From Amphiscolops sp. MND2022 (Eukaryota), in NCBI GenBank assembly GCA_964187785.1, contig OZ076409.1:20896001-20960000 (forward strand): a stretch of DNA of 64,000 nucleotides, written 5' to 3'. The notes beneath the pieces are model-generated. The model was not told the DNA's origin. It saw only the letters and a program-made list of their open reading frames with translations, and searched no databases. Shown in pieces: positions 1-13,017 of this stretch (its first letter is position 1; every line of letters starts with the position of its first letter). The position numbers and the translations under genes are program-made.

Positions 1-800
1 CCCAAAGACCCCAGAATGACTCAAAAATGACTCCAAAAATGACAAAAATTGCGAAATTTTTCCATTTTTAACGTTTTCATTCAATTTTTGTCAAATTTTT
101 GAGATGCTTCGTGGCTTAGAATTTTGAAAATTTTCAAAAAGAAAGGAAATCGTTGACCAAGATGTAACTTTGAAGAAACAAATGCATTTCTTAAAGAAAA
201 ATTTTCGTTTTTTACGTTTTAATGAAATTTTTGTGACATTTTTGAAAGACTTCGTGGATTAGAACGTTGAAAACGTTCAACAACGAATGAATGCGTTGTC
301 CAAAACGGTATTTGGGGAGATAAAGGCAGTTTTGTTACAGAAAAAGGCCACAAAATGACACCAAAGTAGTCAAAAAAGTCCTATTTTTTATAATTTCCGA
401 TTTTTACACAAAATTTTCGTGAACGTTCTCAAGGATTACAACTCTGAAACCGCTCACGAACAATTGAATCCGTTCTCCAGTAGGCTTTTTGGCGAGATAA
501 CGCCCAGTTTTCCGGAAAAATATGCCTTAATTTGAAACCAAAATAAACGAAGAGTCCAAAAGTTTCCTGTCTATGTAGCTTTCGATGCTAATTTGAGTTC
601 AATTTTCGAAGGTTTCTATGGGTTAGAAAGTTCAAAACAACCGAAGACGAACAAACTAACTATGTAGTAACATTTTTTGAAGAGAAAAGTGCAGTGTTTT
701 ACATCAAAAACACTTCGAATGGGCAGCAGTGAGTCGGAAAAGTGAAAATATCAAGCAGCTACCAAAAACTGAATAAATTCATGTTGCAACATTTAAAACT
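1..800 (+). repeat. Diverged ~180-bp tandem repeat array (partial copy of the satellite-bearing element, truncated by the window start)
   Basis: The unit motif (..cttcgtggattagaa..ttgaaaacgttcaa..gttgtccagtagg..gaagaga..gcagtttt..) recurs at about 108, 250, 430 and 620. Bases 1-60 match 8231-8290. Confidence 0.8.
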
Positions 801-3324
801 TTTGAGAACTTTTAACTAGGGTAAAAACAATATTACCCGTTGTTTTCTGTTCAACTATTTCTCAAATATCCCGTGTTTTGAATGTCAGCTTTGACAATAG
901 TTTCACATGTTTTTCTTCTTTATTTTCTGAAGTCGACGTTACTGAAGCCCTCGACGAACTAATCCGTGGAATACTCACGACAATAGTTTACTTTTTACAT
1001 TTGTGTTCTATAGAAGCGTTTAAGGAAAATTCTCGATTTCTTGTCGGGCTACATTTAGCTTAAACGAGAGTATTACTGACGAAGTATCATTTCTGGATTA
1101 GACGGGAACGTCTCAAGATGGTGATCGGCGTGAGGCCCAAAAACGCAAGACTTTCAAAAAACCAGCGATGGTTTTTAGAGTTGAGCCGCTTTGGTGAATA
1201 CTTAAAAAAATCGAAATAGTCCAACAAGGTTTAAAAAAAAAACAGAACTACCGTCTTTTGGCGACGGCCCTGAGCAGCGGTATATTTTTTGTCCCAGATC
1301 CGAACTGTTCCAGCGAGGGCATAATTTAAGGGCAGGATAAAAACTAATAAAATATGGAAGAAGTTCGGAAAAATGGAAAATTTTGACACTTTCGATTCAT
1401 CTTAAAACATCGAAAACACTTAAAATGAGAGCATGAAATACCCAATTGCTCTATTGAACGATTCTGTTGTTGAATTATGGGGATTTCACTAACCACGTAA
1501 ATGTTCAAGAAAATGCCATTTAGTAGCTAAAAAAGTTGAATCCATTCCCCAAATACGCGGCGTCCGGGATTGGCTCATTTTTTAAAAAATTCACTCAGCC
1601 GACACACTTCCGGATACTATCAACAGATGACCAGCAAAAAGTGGTTTTTGTTGTTTAAACCTATGGATACCAAGTGTCAATAATCACTCGAGAAAACTAA
1701 CACAAGGTAGTTGAATACAAAGAAGAAAATGGTTCAATTATCAAATTATCATACTCCGTGGGCCGAATAAACATAACCGCTTCTCTAGAACGGTGCTTTT
1801 TCCGGAAAACTTCCCATTGCAAGCTACAGTACCGCTGTTGCAGCCACGTGATTAACCAAAGGTCTACTTGACTCAGCCATTTCTAAGTGATTCGCTTGAC
1901 GTCACAAAGGTCTAACTGCCCGTAGTTGCTTTTTCAATTTGTTTTCTCGGCTAATTGGTCTCTTTTTTTTTCACAAGACCACATCACTAAATTAGCGATT
2001 TGCAGCTGGCTCGAAACCCAACTTTGCTGAAAGCGATTGAAACAGGTATCCGCGCTAACACAGGTTTAATGCTTCAACCACTACAATATGATCATCAAAA
2101 ACCGCAAACTTTGGTTCTTCTTTCACAATTTTTGGGGAAACCCTACCTTATCTAATTCAAAAACTAATAGCTAATAATTTTGTTTTTCAACTATGGTTTT
2201 TTGCATCTGCGTCAGCATTCCAAATTTTTCGAAGAAGATTCGAAAAAACCGTCAAAATTGTACTTCAACGATTTGTTTTACTTTTTCTCAATCATGCGTT
2301 TTGACCAAAAGACTTATTAACTCTCAATAAAAAAGATTTGAACCACGCTAATAACGTTTACTAGTCGGGTTTCAAGAAAAACAAAGAAGTTTATTGACCC
2401 TGAAGAGCAGGTTTTACTTGAAATGATGATACAATATTACACTGGACACCGAATTGACAACGAAAAGGTGAACCACATATAAGAAACAAAAAATGCCTTA
2501 CGAATGTGCTCAGAGAAGCATGAATTGGACGATGAGCATTTCTACTGTGGCGAAACGGACTATAAGAAACATGAACGGCGAGGTCAAAAGGGAGACGAAC
2601 CGAATGACGTACTCAAGTAAGATTGAATCTGAATAGCAAGCAAAAAGACGAAATCAGAGATTTGAATAAATTCTGAAGGGCACCTTGTTGCCTCTACAAA
2701 CGCTTTTTTTCTAGTTGAAATCATTCAAAAATGAGGGGACCTTTACTATTTCTAGCCTCGTTGTTTCCAGTTGGTGGTCCTAGATATGAGATGATCCTAG
2801 ATATGAGATATGAAATGGTCTTAGATATAGTTTAGAGTAGTTATACAGGACACTCCGCGCGAAACTCTAAAAAATTTTGCTCGGAAGAAGCCAACACATT
2901 TTCCACCAAAACTCTTACTAGAGAACACACACCACGAAAATTTGTGACAACTTTTCAATCAGGTCTCAACAACAAAACAAACTTCAACCTTTCAAGAAGT
3001 TCAGAAGTTTTGTACGTCCCACATGTTCATCTTTCCAGTTCGAACAGTGCGTAACAACAACACCCGACTTTGGACTATAAACCACTCAGTTGAACACATC
3101 GTCTTAACAAGTCATGGCAGCGTTCTAAAGACACCCCTGAAACCGAAAAGGAAAATGCTACAAACTTTTGATGCAGCTAAACATATTGTCGGCTGTGCTT
3201 TTTTCAAACTCGATTCCTCCCAGGCCTAGCACTGCCCACTACCCGTTAACGGCCAACAATCCACTCAATGACTAGCATTTAGCTTTGCGTTGAAACATTC
3301 TCGTGGTCTAGATTAGCACAAAGG

Positions 3325-6300
3325 CCCATATTCCAAAGGGGAAAGGAAAACATTTAAATCAGCCGCGTTTTTCTCCAAAATTAGCCAAATTCCAAATTTA
3401 TATCCAAATTGAAGGATGACAGCCAAAGAATTTAACTAACATAAGTTTTTTTTGGATTTTTGTGTTTAACGAAAATTACCACAGAATGCCCCAAGAAGGA
3501 CCACTCCAAAATGAGAACAAGTGCAAAACTTTCCAAGTTTTAACGTTTTTATGCAGTTTTTGTCATATTTTAGAAAAACTTCGTGGCTCTAATGTTTAAA
3601 TTATTCCACAAGAAATGAACTCGTTGCCCAGGAGTCTTGTCTGAAAAAATAAATGCAGTTTTTCAATAAAAATGTGTCTCAAATGACCCCGACACTAGAA
3701 AAACTCCAAAAACTTTCGGTTTTCAAATTTTTAGTGCGACTTTTGTCAAACTTTTGACAGACATTGTTGGTGAAATTGTTTCAAACGTTCAACGAGCAAA
3801 GAACTCGTTAGGCAGTAAGATTTTCCGAAGAAATAACTGCTGTTTTCTGAAACAGAAAGACTTGAAACTGACACCTAAAATGATAAAAATCCCAAAAAAA
3901 TCCATTTTTTCAAAATTTTTATGCAGTTTTTGACAAACTTTTGACACACTTCTAGGATTGGAATGTTGCAAAGGGTCAACAAAAAAGAGTGTTGGTCCAG
4001 TAGGCTTTTTCGAAGAGTTTATTGCAGTTTTCTAAATGAATAACGTCTCAAATTGGCACCAAAAATAACAAAAAGCCCATAACTTGAAACTTTCCTATTT
4101 TCGAAAAATTTATACAATTTCTGTCAAAAATTTGATAGACTCCGTAGTTTGGAATGTTGGAAAGGGGCAACATTGAAAAAGAATTATTCCAGTAGGTTTT
4201 TCCGAAGAGTTTATTGCAGTGTTCTACGTGGAAAAGATCTCAAATTGACCCCCAAAATTTTTCATGTTTTTATGATTTGTTTTAGATTGTCGACAGATTT
4301 TTTTTCAATTTTCAAAGTTTATATGCATTTTTGCTAGAAGTTTTGTTACACTCTGGCGTATGGAATGTTGGAAAGGGTCGAAAAGGGACAAATCTGTTGT
4401 CCAGTATGCTTAGTGAAGAGATATATTCAATTTTTCAAATGAAAAATGTCGGGAATTGACATCGAAAGAGACAGAAATTCAAAAATCATCCAAATGTCAT
4501 CATTTTTGTTCAATTTTTGTCAAACTATTGCTAGACTTCGTGGACTAGAGTGTTAAAACATCTAAACAATGGGAAATTTGTTGTTTCAGTGGGCTTTCGT
4601 CAAGAAATAAGTTCAATTACTAAAGGTAAAATGCTTCAAATTGACCCTGAAATTTACATCGAAAAAGACAAAACTTCAAAAATTTTCCGATTTCCATCAT
4701 TTTGGTTCAATCTTTGTCAAACTATCAATAAACTTCGTGGACTAGAGTGTTAAAACGTCCTAACAATGGGAAATTCGTTGTTTCAGCGGGCTTTCGTCAA
4801 GAGATAAGTTCTATTTCTAAAAGAAAAGTTCTTCAAATTTACCCTGAAATTGTCGAAAAAATTGAAATTTTTGTCGTTCTTAATGCAATTTGATTACAAT
4901 ATTCGAGATTTCTGCATAAGTTTCACACCAATCAACAATGAAAAAACGAGCTATGCATTACATTTTTTGACGAGAATATGGCGGCGTTTTCCTTCAAAAA
5001 CACTTCAGAATGACACCAAATGAGTCGTAAAGTTTAAACATATTCGTTTCATTGCAACTAATGTCTACTTTTTAACTCGTTTTGAAGTCTGAAGGTAATC
5101 AACCGTTTAGCAAAGATTGAACCCATGTTCCAGTCGGCTTTCGAAGAAAGATTGCAGACTTCGGTTGAAAAATGGCTCAAAAATTACCGCAAAAAGTCGA
5201 AAATGTCGAAATTTTTGCCGAAATTCATTATCAGTGAATTTTCATTTGTGATTGGAAAATTTCGACAAATTAAATTCTTCAAAGAACTCCAGGTGACAAA
5301 ACTTGGTCCACAGAACAAATTTGAAGAGAGTTTATATCAATTATTGGAAGAAAGGTTCTTCAGAATAACCCAAATAAAGCATGAACCGAGAATGTTTAGG
5401 TTTTTTTTCACATTTTAAGCAGTTTTTTGTACAATTTGTGGGCTACTTTCTTGCAAAAAATCGTTTCAAAAACTTAACACTGACTAATCCTGGTATCCAG
5501 TGGGTGAAGTTGTGTTGGAATTGAACACTGCTTTAAGTAGGTTCACACACAGGTAGATGAACTTTTTCAATACTTGGAACACATCCAATTATTCGAGAAA
5601 CAACTGCAGATTTGTGTTGGATTTGTTCTCAAAGCACCCCAAAATCCATGAAACAACAAAAAGAACGTTTTAGTCAAAATATTTCCAATGTTTGTTCAAT
5701 CCACGAACATTTTCGTAGAATGAAACTTCCATAGAGCCGAGCGTTGGAACAATGAGGTATTCAAAATGCAATTTGTGAAAAAATTAGGATGAAGTTGGTC
5801 GAGTCTACAACAAAGGCGTCAAAGTTTCCAATTGTTCTCATTTTTCGGCAACATAGTTCCAATTTTGGACACTTTTCGAAATTTTAGTTCAATCATAATA
5901 CCGATAGGCTCAGAATTGAAACGTGTAGCAACCGGTAGTGTTTCGAAAAGATATCATACGTATTTGTTTAAACAACTTTCAAAAATTTCACTTGGGATCG
6001 TGAAGTTCGACCTTATTTGTCCAACACTTAATATTCAATAGACTCCAAGCAAAATCACTAGATATTGAGTACACGTTCCAAAGGAAAATGTAACTTCGTG
6101 GGTTAGAATGCTGTAAACACTCAACGACAACAGCTAAACTCGGTGTCCAGTAGGATTATTGTTGAAGAGATATCTGAAGATTTTTGTTGGAAAATTTCCT
6201 CGATTAACCGCAATTTTTTCGAAAATATTTCCAATTTTTACAATTCTGGTGGAACTATGTGCAATAATAAAACAAACCGCCGGGACCGCTCAAGTTCACC

Positions 6301-6852
6301 AAATTTGCAAAAGACCTAATTTCAAGCTTATACCATTTTCTTAGCGCAAAAAATCACCTCAATAACGACGCCTGAGGCTCGGAAACAACTTTTTGAACAA
6401 CAGACGTCACATAACATCCAATTTTTCAAGTTTTTTGTTAAAGACCTATGTTGACGTAAAAAAATTTTGGCCCGGAAAACTAGTTTTCTCAAGCCGAAAT
6501 CAGCTTTGAAACCAAAGTGGCACCCTTCGACCAAATGAAAGTTTCGGAAGGAAACTTATTTCCGTTACAGAAATGCTCACAAACTAAAAATTCGGAAATA
6601 TGTTTTTCGAGATTTGTTCTGGAACAAATTTTTTACTCGGTAAGTCGCGTAGTGCGGAAAAAACAAAACTGGCCAGCTATCGCACATTTAATAAATTAGG
6701 TGTTTCTTTAAAAACGAGCTTAGATGAATCAAAGCAATTTTCGGCTTTCTTTGCGTTTTTATAGTGCATTGGCTACTCTTGTGCCTGAAGCTTATCTGGT
6801 TGTAGAACTTTTTGTGGCGGAAAATATCTCGCTGCTTAGCGGGCGTCGTGTT
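3325..6852 (+). mobile_element. Non-autonomous Helitron/Helentron-type element, copy A, with internal ~180-200-bp tandem array
   Basis: Collinear with 8051-11346 from the head (cccatattccaaaggggaaaggaaaa) to the tail (gcattggctactcttgtgcc...gcgggcgtcgtgtt). The tccagtagg-type motif repeats at about 3625, 3807, 3995, 4188, 4399, 4583, 4781, 5128 and 5496. No coding capacity. Confidence 0.6.
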
Positions 6853-7319
6853 AGTCGGAGCGTTTTCCCTTGAGGAAAAAAGCCCGACTTTTACAGTGGG
6901 TAGTTTTTTTCAGCCTACAATCTCACTTTGAATGAACCACTTTTCTTACAATTTTCATGTCTCATGAAATCTTGCTTGCGAAGTACGTTTACTTTTTCAA
7001 AAGCTTGCGAAATTTTTTACATCATCTAAGAAAATCAACGGGGCCGAAGGGTAGTGCTCTCTTCGGCTCTGTGAGACTTTTCTTTCAAAAAAATTGTTTT
7101 CACCAAAGGGTCCCCCTTCAATTTTTTGATACTTTCCGACAGAATGGATGTTGAAAAATCCCAAAGGGTCCCATGTTTCAGTTTTTTCGGCATTGTGAGA
7201 CTTTGTTTCATTTTTTTCATAAAAGGGTCTCCAATTCACTATCACTTTGACATTTTGAAGTCTTTTTGCTATTTTTGAGCCTTAGATATGGCGTCCACTT
7301 GGGCTGTTCCCGGCTTGTT
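6852..7319 (+). mobile_element. Helentron-associated interspersed element (HINE-like), family B
   Basis: The 5' end tagtcggagc matches 49033 (tagtcggcgc). The 3' end ttttgagccttagatatggcgtccacttgggctgttcccggcttgtt is shared with the copies ending at 30481, 49451 and 61965 and, in reverse, at 29656. Confidence 0.65.
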
Positions 7320-8050
7320 TTAGTTTTAACACCTCTTTATAAAAATCTTCCGAATCCTGCAAGTATACGCTTCGAATAAACGTAAATACAAGTCCGAAAA
7401 ATTGATGTTTTTTCAATGGAACATATAAATATACAAATAGTGAAAAGGACTAACCCAAATAGGTACCTACAGTTATTCGGTTTGTTGGAACTCCAAAAAC
7501 AATGCAAGTTTGACATAACATTGCTACACTAGATCACTTTACAAATATTGCTTTAAGCTGTTCAAATAGCTCGACATTGCTACAAGGTTCAATTCGAGCC
7601 GAAATTTTCATTAGCCGGAGCAAAGATATCTCATTTCACACCAACTTCATTCTTAGGCGAGAGCTATGTTGCAAGTGCATCTAACGCAAAGATGAAGCCA
7701 CAGTTCGCTCCATTTTTTGTTTGATTCCTTTTTATTAAGTTTTTCTGTTCTTGAAAATCTCTGCACAATTTTCCGAATTCATGCAGCAGTTTTTTGTGAA
7801 GCTTTTGGCACGGTCATATCAGAACTTGCTACATTAGGCGAGAATCCTACAAAGAGTTGCAAAAGGTCTTAGTGTGTCCCTTGATTGCTCTGGTAAAAAG
7901 TCAATGAGATGGAAATCAATGAAATTTAATGGTCAAGTTGTCAAGAAACTTGAAACCATTCCATACCTGACCTACCGGGGATGCACCGATGGCCATCGCT
8001 CAGGTTTTAGTAAAACACTGTGACCATCAAAGTTAGTTTTTTGTTTTCCG

Positions 8051-11000
8051 CCCGTATTCCATATGGGAAAGGAAAATATTTAAACCAAAAGGGTTTGGGT
8101 TTTTTTCACAAAATTTGCCAAACACCTAATTTATATTTAACTTTAAGGGTTTCATCCATAGAGTTCAACTCACATGAATTTAGCGTCGTGCGCTATGTAT
8201 TTGAGGAGATTTACGGACTTTTTAGGTGACCCCAAAGACCCCAGAGTGGCCCAAAAATGACTCCAAAAAAAGAAAAATTTCGATTCTGAACGTTTTCATG
8301 AATTTTTGTCAAAATTTTGATGAACTTCGTGGATTAGAATGTTGAAAACGTTCACCAAGGCACGAATTTGTTGTCCAGTAGATTTTTCCGCAGAAATTTT
8401 TGCTGTTTTCTATATGAAAAAGATCTCAAGTTGACACCGAAAATGACAAAACCCCAAAATTTTCCATTCTTCAAAGTTTTTATGCAATTTCTGTCAAATT
8501 TCCGCCAGACTTCGTGGATTGGAATGAATGTTGAAAAAGACCAATAGGCAAAAATTATTTTAGTCCAGTAGGCTTTTCCGAAGAGTTAATTGCAGTTTTC
8601 TAATTGAAAAAATCTCGAATTGGTGCAGAAAATGACCAAAAACCCAAAATTTTCAAACTTTTTTTGCAATTTCTGTCAAAGTTTTGAGATTCTCCGTTGG
8701 ATGGATTGTTGGAAACGTCCATCAAGGCATGAATTCGTTGTCCAGTAGATTTTTTCCGAAGAGTTCATGCAGTTTTCTAAAAGAAAAAATCTCAAGTTGG
8801 CGCATAAAATGACAAAATCCCCAAACTTTCATCAAACTTTCAAGTTTTTATGCAATTTCTGTAAAAATTTGAAAAACCTCCGTAGATTGGAATGCTGAAA
8901 ACGTTCATCAAGGTAGAAATTTGTTATCCAGTAGATTTTATTGAAGAGATAGTTTCAGTTTTCTAAAAGAAAATGTCTCGAACTGACACTGAAATTTACA
9001 AAAACCTTAATTTTTTTTCAATTTTCAAAGTTTATATGTCTTTTTCCCAAAATTTTTGTCAGACTTTGGCGTATGGAATGTTCGAAAGTGTCGAAAAGGG
9101 ACAATTCTGTTGTCCAGTATGCTTAGTGAAATGATATGTTCAAGTTTTTAAACGAAAAATGTCTGGAATTGACATCGAAAAAGACAGAAATTCAAAAATC
9201 ATCCAAATGTCACCATTTTTGTTTATGTTTTGTCAAACTACCGATAGACGTGGTGGTCTAGAATGTTGAAACTTCTAAACAATGGGAAATTTGTTGTTTC
9301 GGTGAGCTTTCGTCAAGAAAGAAATACAATTGGTAATGGGAAAAAGCATAAATTGACCTGGAGGTAGTCGGAAATTTTGAATATTTGTAGTTTTTGATGC
9401 AATTTCTGTACTATTTTCGGGAGACTTCTATATGAGTTCCAAAATCCAAAACGAAAAAACAAGCTATGCATCACATTTTTGAAGTGAACGTTGCAGCGTT
9501 TCGCGCCAAAAACACTTCAAAATGACTCCAAATGAGTCGAAAATTTTCAACATTTTCGTTTTTATGCAACTCCTGTCTATTTTCGGAAACGTTTTGGAGT
9601 TAGAACGATGGCAAACGTTCAAATGGGAAAACACTTATAATCCAGTTGGCTTTTAAAGATTTATTTGCAGACTTCGATTGGAAAATGGCTCACAATTGAT
9701 CGCAAAATTCCAAATTGTCGAAACTTTTGCAGATTTCTTACAGTCAGTTTTTATTTGAGATTGGAACTTTCGGTAGGATAAAAGTTTCAAATAGCAACAG
9801 AAGATAAAACTAGGTCCACAGTTCTTTTTCTAAAGCAAGAAGTGCATGTTTAATGAAAAAAAATTCCTCAGAATGATCCAAATAATGCAAAAACTGAGAA
9901 TTGTCAATTTTTTGTACAGTTCAGGCTGCTTCTGTACAATTTTTGAGCTACTTCCTTGCATAAAAAAGTTTAAAAATCTCAACAAGGACTAATTTTGGTA
10001 TCCAGTAGGCAATTTTGAAGATATAACATCAAGTTATTGTTGGAATTGGCCTCAAAGGACCCCAAAGCCAATGAAACAACAAAAAAGCACAGTTTTTCAC
10101 AAATTATTCCCAATTTCCGTTCAAACCACCAAAGTTTTCGATCAATGGAACTTTCATTGCCGCGAGCGTTGAATCAAGAGGGTATTCCATGTGCAATTTG
10201 GTGAAAAAAGGATGAAATTCGTCTAGGTTACAACAAACGTGTCAACTTTTCCAAATTTTTTTCAAGTTTCGCCAACATCACCGAAAATATACCTCAATCA
10301 GAAAACCCATAGACCCAGGATTGAGACTTGTAGCTACCGGTAGTGTTTTAAGAAGATTTCAGACGAAATTCGCACATTTTTCAGAAACTTTACTTGAAAA
10401 CGTAAGTTTCGACCTAATTTATCAAATATTTATTATTCAATAAGCTCCAGGCAAAATCACTAGATATGGAGTACACCTTCCAAAGGAAATTATTTCGAGC
10501 TAATTCGTGGGTTAGAAGGGTGTAAACGTTCAACAACAGCTAAACTCGATGTCCAGTAGGCTTATTTTTGAAGAGACATCTGTAGATTCATGTTAGAAAA
10601 GTTCCTCAAATTGACCCTAAAAATGCCGAGAAGTTTTCCAATTTTTGACATTTCTGTTGGAACTATATGCAACAAACCGGGACCGCTCAAGTGTCCTAAA
10701 CTTGCAAAAGACTTAGTTTCAAGGATATATCTTTTTCTAAGTTTCAAAAACAACCAAGAAGTAAGCCTGAGACTCGAAACCACTTTTTCCCAACAGGAAT
10801 CACAAAACATCAATTTTTTGAAGTTTTTCGGTAAAATCCAATGATGGCAAAAAAAGTTCAGCTCACAAAACTTCTTTTTTCAAGCCGAAATGAAGGGTAC
10901 CCTTTGACCAAATGAAAGTTCCAGAAAAGCGCACAAGACAGAAAAAACTGAAAAGAGGTATTTTCCACTATCAATAAGAAAACGCATCAGTTCCACATGA

Positions 11001-11346
11001 TCAAAAGTAGGAAAGAGGTCACGTTCAAGACTCGGGAATCTTATTTCCTTCACAGAATTCCTCAAATACTATAAATTGAGACATTTGTTTTTCGAAAACT
11101 GTTTCTTATTTATGTTATTATAAAAAATTTATCTTTCCTCGGTTAGTCGTATAGTGCCGAAAAATCTAAAACTGGCCAGCTATTGCAAAAACAAAAAATT
11201 AGGTGTTTCTTTTAAAAATGGGCTAAAATGAATCAAACGTTTCTTTTCTTCGAGCTTAGCGTTTTTATAGTGCATTGGCTATTCTTGAGCCTCAATAGAA
11301 CAGTTTGGGGCGGAAAATATCCCACTGCTCCCACAAGCGTCTTGGT
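8051..11346 (+). mobile_element. Non-autonomous Helitron/Helentron-type element, copy B, with internal ~180-bp tandem array
   Basis: Diverged collinear duplicate of 3325-6852 (e.g. 4340-4640 vs 9060-9360; 6040-6300 vs 10440-10700), with the same head and tail motifs. Confidence 0.6.
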
Positions 11347-11650
11347 CCATGGAAAATGTCTCAAATGAACCCAAAGAGTCCAGAATTTATTTGTTGTTGT
11401 CCAGAACAAAGCCCAGAAGTTGTTGTTGTTTTTCTTACCATTGGTAAACAATTTCCGAGAGATTTTGTGTGTTAGAGGTTTCAAACCGTTCAAAAGACTC
11501 GATCGCAGTACTCTTTTAAATAGAGGAAGTTACTGTGTTTTGGTTCAAAAACACTTCATTTTGCCTCCAAACGAGACGAAGGGTCGGAAAATTCCGTTCT
11601 TTTTCTAACCGATTTTCATGTGACAAGATAAGCAGATTTATATCGGAGAT

Positions 11651-12333
11651 TGTTCATTTTGACACCTTGGTCGGACTCCATGAATTACCCAATTTTGATG
11701 TATTAATTATTATGTGATTTTCTCATATGTTGGAAGGAAATATATATATATGTCCTTGAAGGAAATGTAACTCTGTTTCAATTAATGATGTTTACACTGT
11801 GTGAACATACTTTCTAGCCCACCTAGCCAACATGCCAAAACCACCACATTGTTTGTTTACCTAATGAATGCCTTCGAAATATGCTTTAAGTAACATTTAT
11901 TTATACAACATATTCGATGTATATTTACTGTAGAAGTGTAAACCAGATTTATACCATTACTACATAGGGATTTTAACGACTAAAAAGCTATAGTCATGTT
12001 GGGTTTTAGGACCAAAAGTCTAAATGATGAACTTCTCAATCTTCACAACTTTTCGCTAGAGTCAGAGCGAACAAGTAGCTACTCTCTTAGTTGGAGAGCC
12101 GGAACGCGTGAAGATACAGTGAGGGAAGTGTGTGACGGATCACATCGGATCCAAACAAGTCCAAGAGGGATCGCAAGAGAATTCTACGTGTCCCATCGGA
12201 CCCACCAGTTAAAAGATACAGTCCTTTACAACAAGAAAACCAGGATATGTTTAGTAACGGTACTAAGCAACGGATCAGGGCGGCGTAAAGCTTGTCAAGC
12301 CTCTGCGCAGGATAAGGTCAAGCAGCAGTTACA
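11651..12333 (+). repeat. 5' LTR (shorter at its 5' end than the 3' LTR)
   Basis: 11663-12333 aligns with about 19787-20444. It ends aagcagcagttaCA immediately before the PBS. The start position is inferred from the TG dinucleotide and the TSD. Confidence 0.8.
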
Positions 12334-12335
12334 TT

Positions 12336-12352
12336 TGGTCCGCCGACCCGGA
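12336..12352 (+). promoter_or_regulatory. Primer-binding site (tRNA-Tyr-like)
   Basis: TGGTCCGCCGACCCGGA lies two bases after the LTR CA end. It is close to TGGTCCTTCGAGCCGGA, the complement of the eukaryotic tRNA-Tyr 3' end. Confidence 0.65.
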
Positions 12353-12420
12353 CAGAGAACACGAGGTCGAAGACCACTCGTTGGTGGACGGTTAAAGAAG
12401 ATTGCCCAAGAAGAACAAGT

Positions 12421-12685
12421 GTCTATCTCTGAGAGCTTTGGCTACGGTGTATCTTGGCGATTTTGCCACTGTGTGTCTTGGCGATTGTGCCACTGTTTAT
12501 CTGGGCGATTGTGCCACAGTGTCTCTGGAGTTTGTGCCATAGTGACTCTGAGAGTTTGGACTATTGTGACTCTGGGAGTTTGAGCTAATGTGAACCTGGG
12601 AGTTTGGGCTTTTGTGACTCTGGGAGTTTGGAATAAAGTGACTCTGGAGTTTGGGCTAATGTGTTTTCTGGGAGTTGGGCTTTAG
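12421..12685 (+). repeat. ~24-bp minisatellite (about 11 copies) in the retroelement leader
   Basis: Units grade from gtgtatcttggcgattttgccact to gtgactctgggagtttgggctaat. Confidence 0.9.
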
Positions 12686-13017
12686 CAGCACTCGTGAGGT
12701 TTTTGTGTATCAATTCTAGTTTTGGGGCGAATTGTATTCTTGATTGAAGCAAAGAGTTGGTACAAGGCATCATTGCAAGTAATTCCACTAAGTAAAGGAA
12801 AGGGATCAAGTCAGAGGGACAAGATCCACGGTGACAATCAAGGTCGTCAAAGTAGGGAAGTATAATCGACAGTAGTTGGTTGATTCTTCCATATTTGGCG
12901 ATTGATTACCGGATTGAGCAGTTGACACTTTGTATCTGAGAAATTGCAGGATTCGGTATAAGTGACAAAGTCTACAAGAAATGATTGTAAAATTCAAAAA
13001 CCCTCAGTGAAACAAAA

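Noticed and set aside
1740..2700. Promoter-like cluster (TGACGTCA, CCAAT) with coding-like fragments downstream
   Set aside because: Short motifs occur by chance and the adjacent frames contain stops.
3789..11717. Numerous 60-100-aa ORFs within the satellite-bearing repeats
   Set aside because: Phe/Lys-rich translations of A/T tracts in repeats; not genes.
12421..12685. CRISPR-like array
   Set aside because: Contiguous 24-bp units with no unique spacers, inside an LTR element in animal DNA, and no cas genes.
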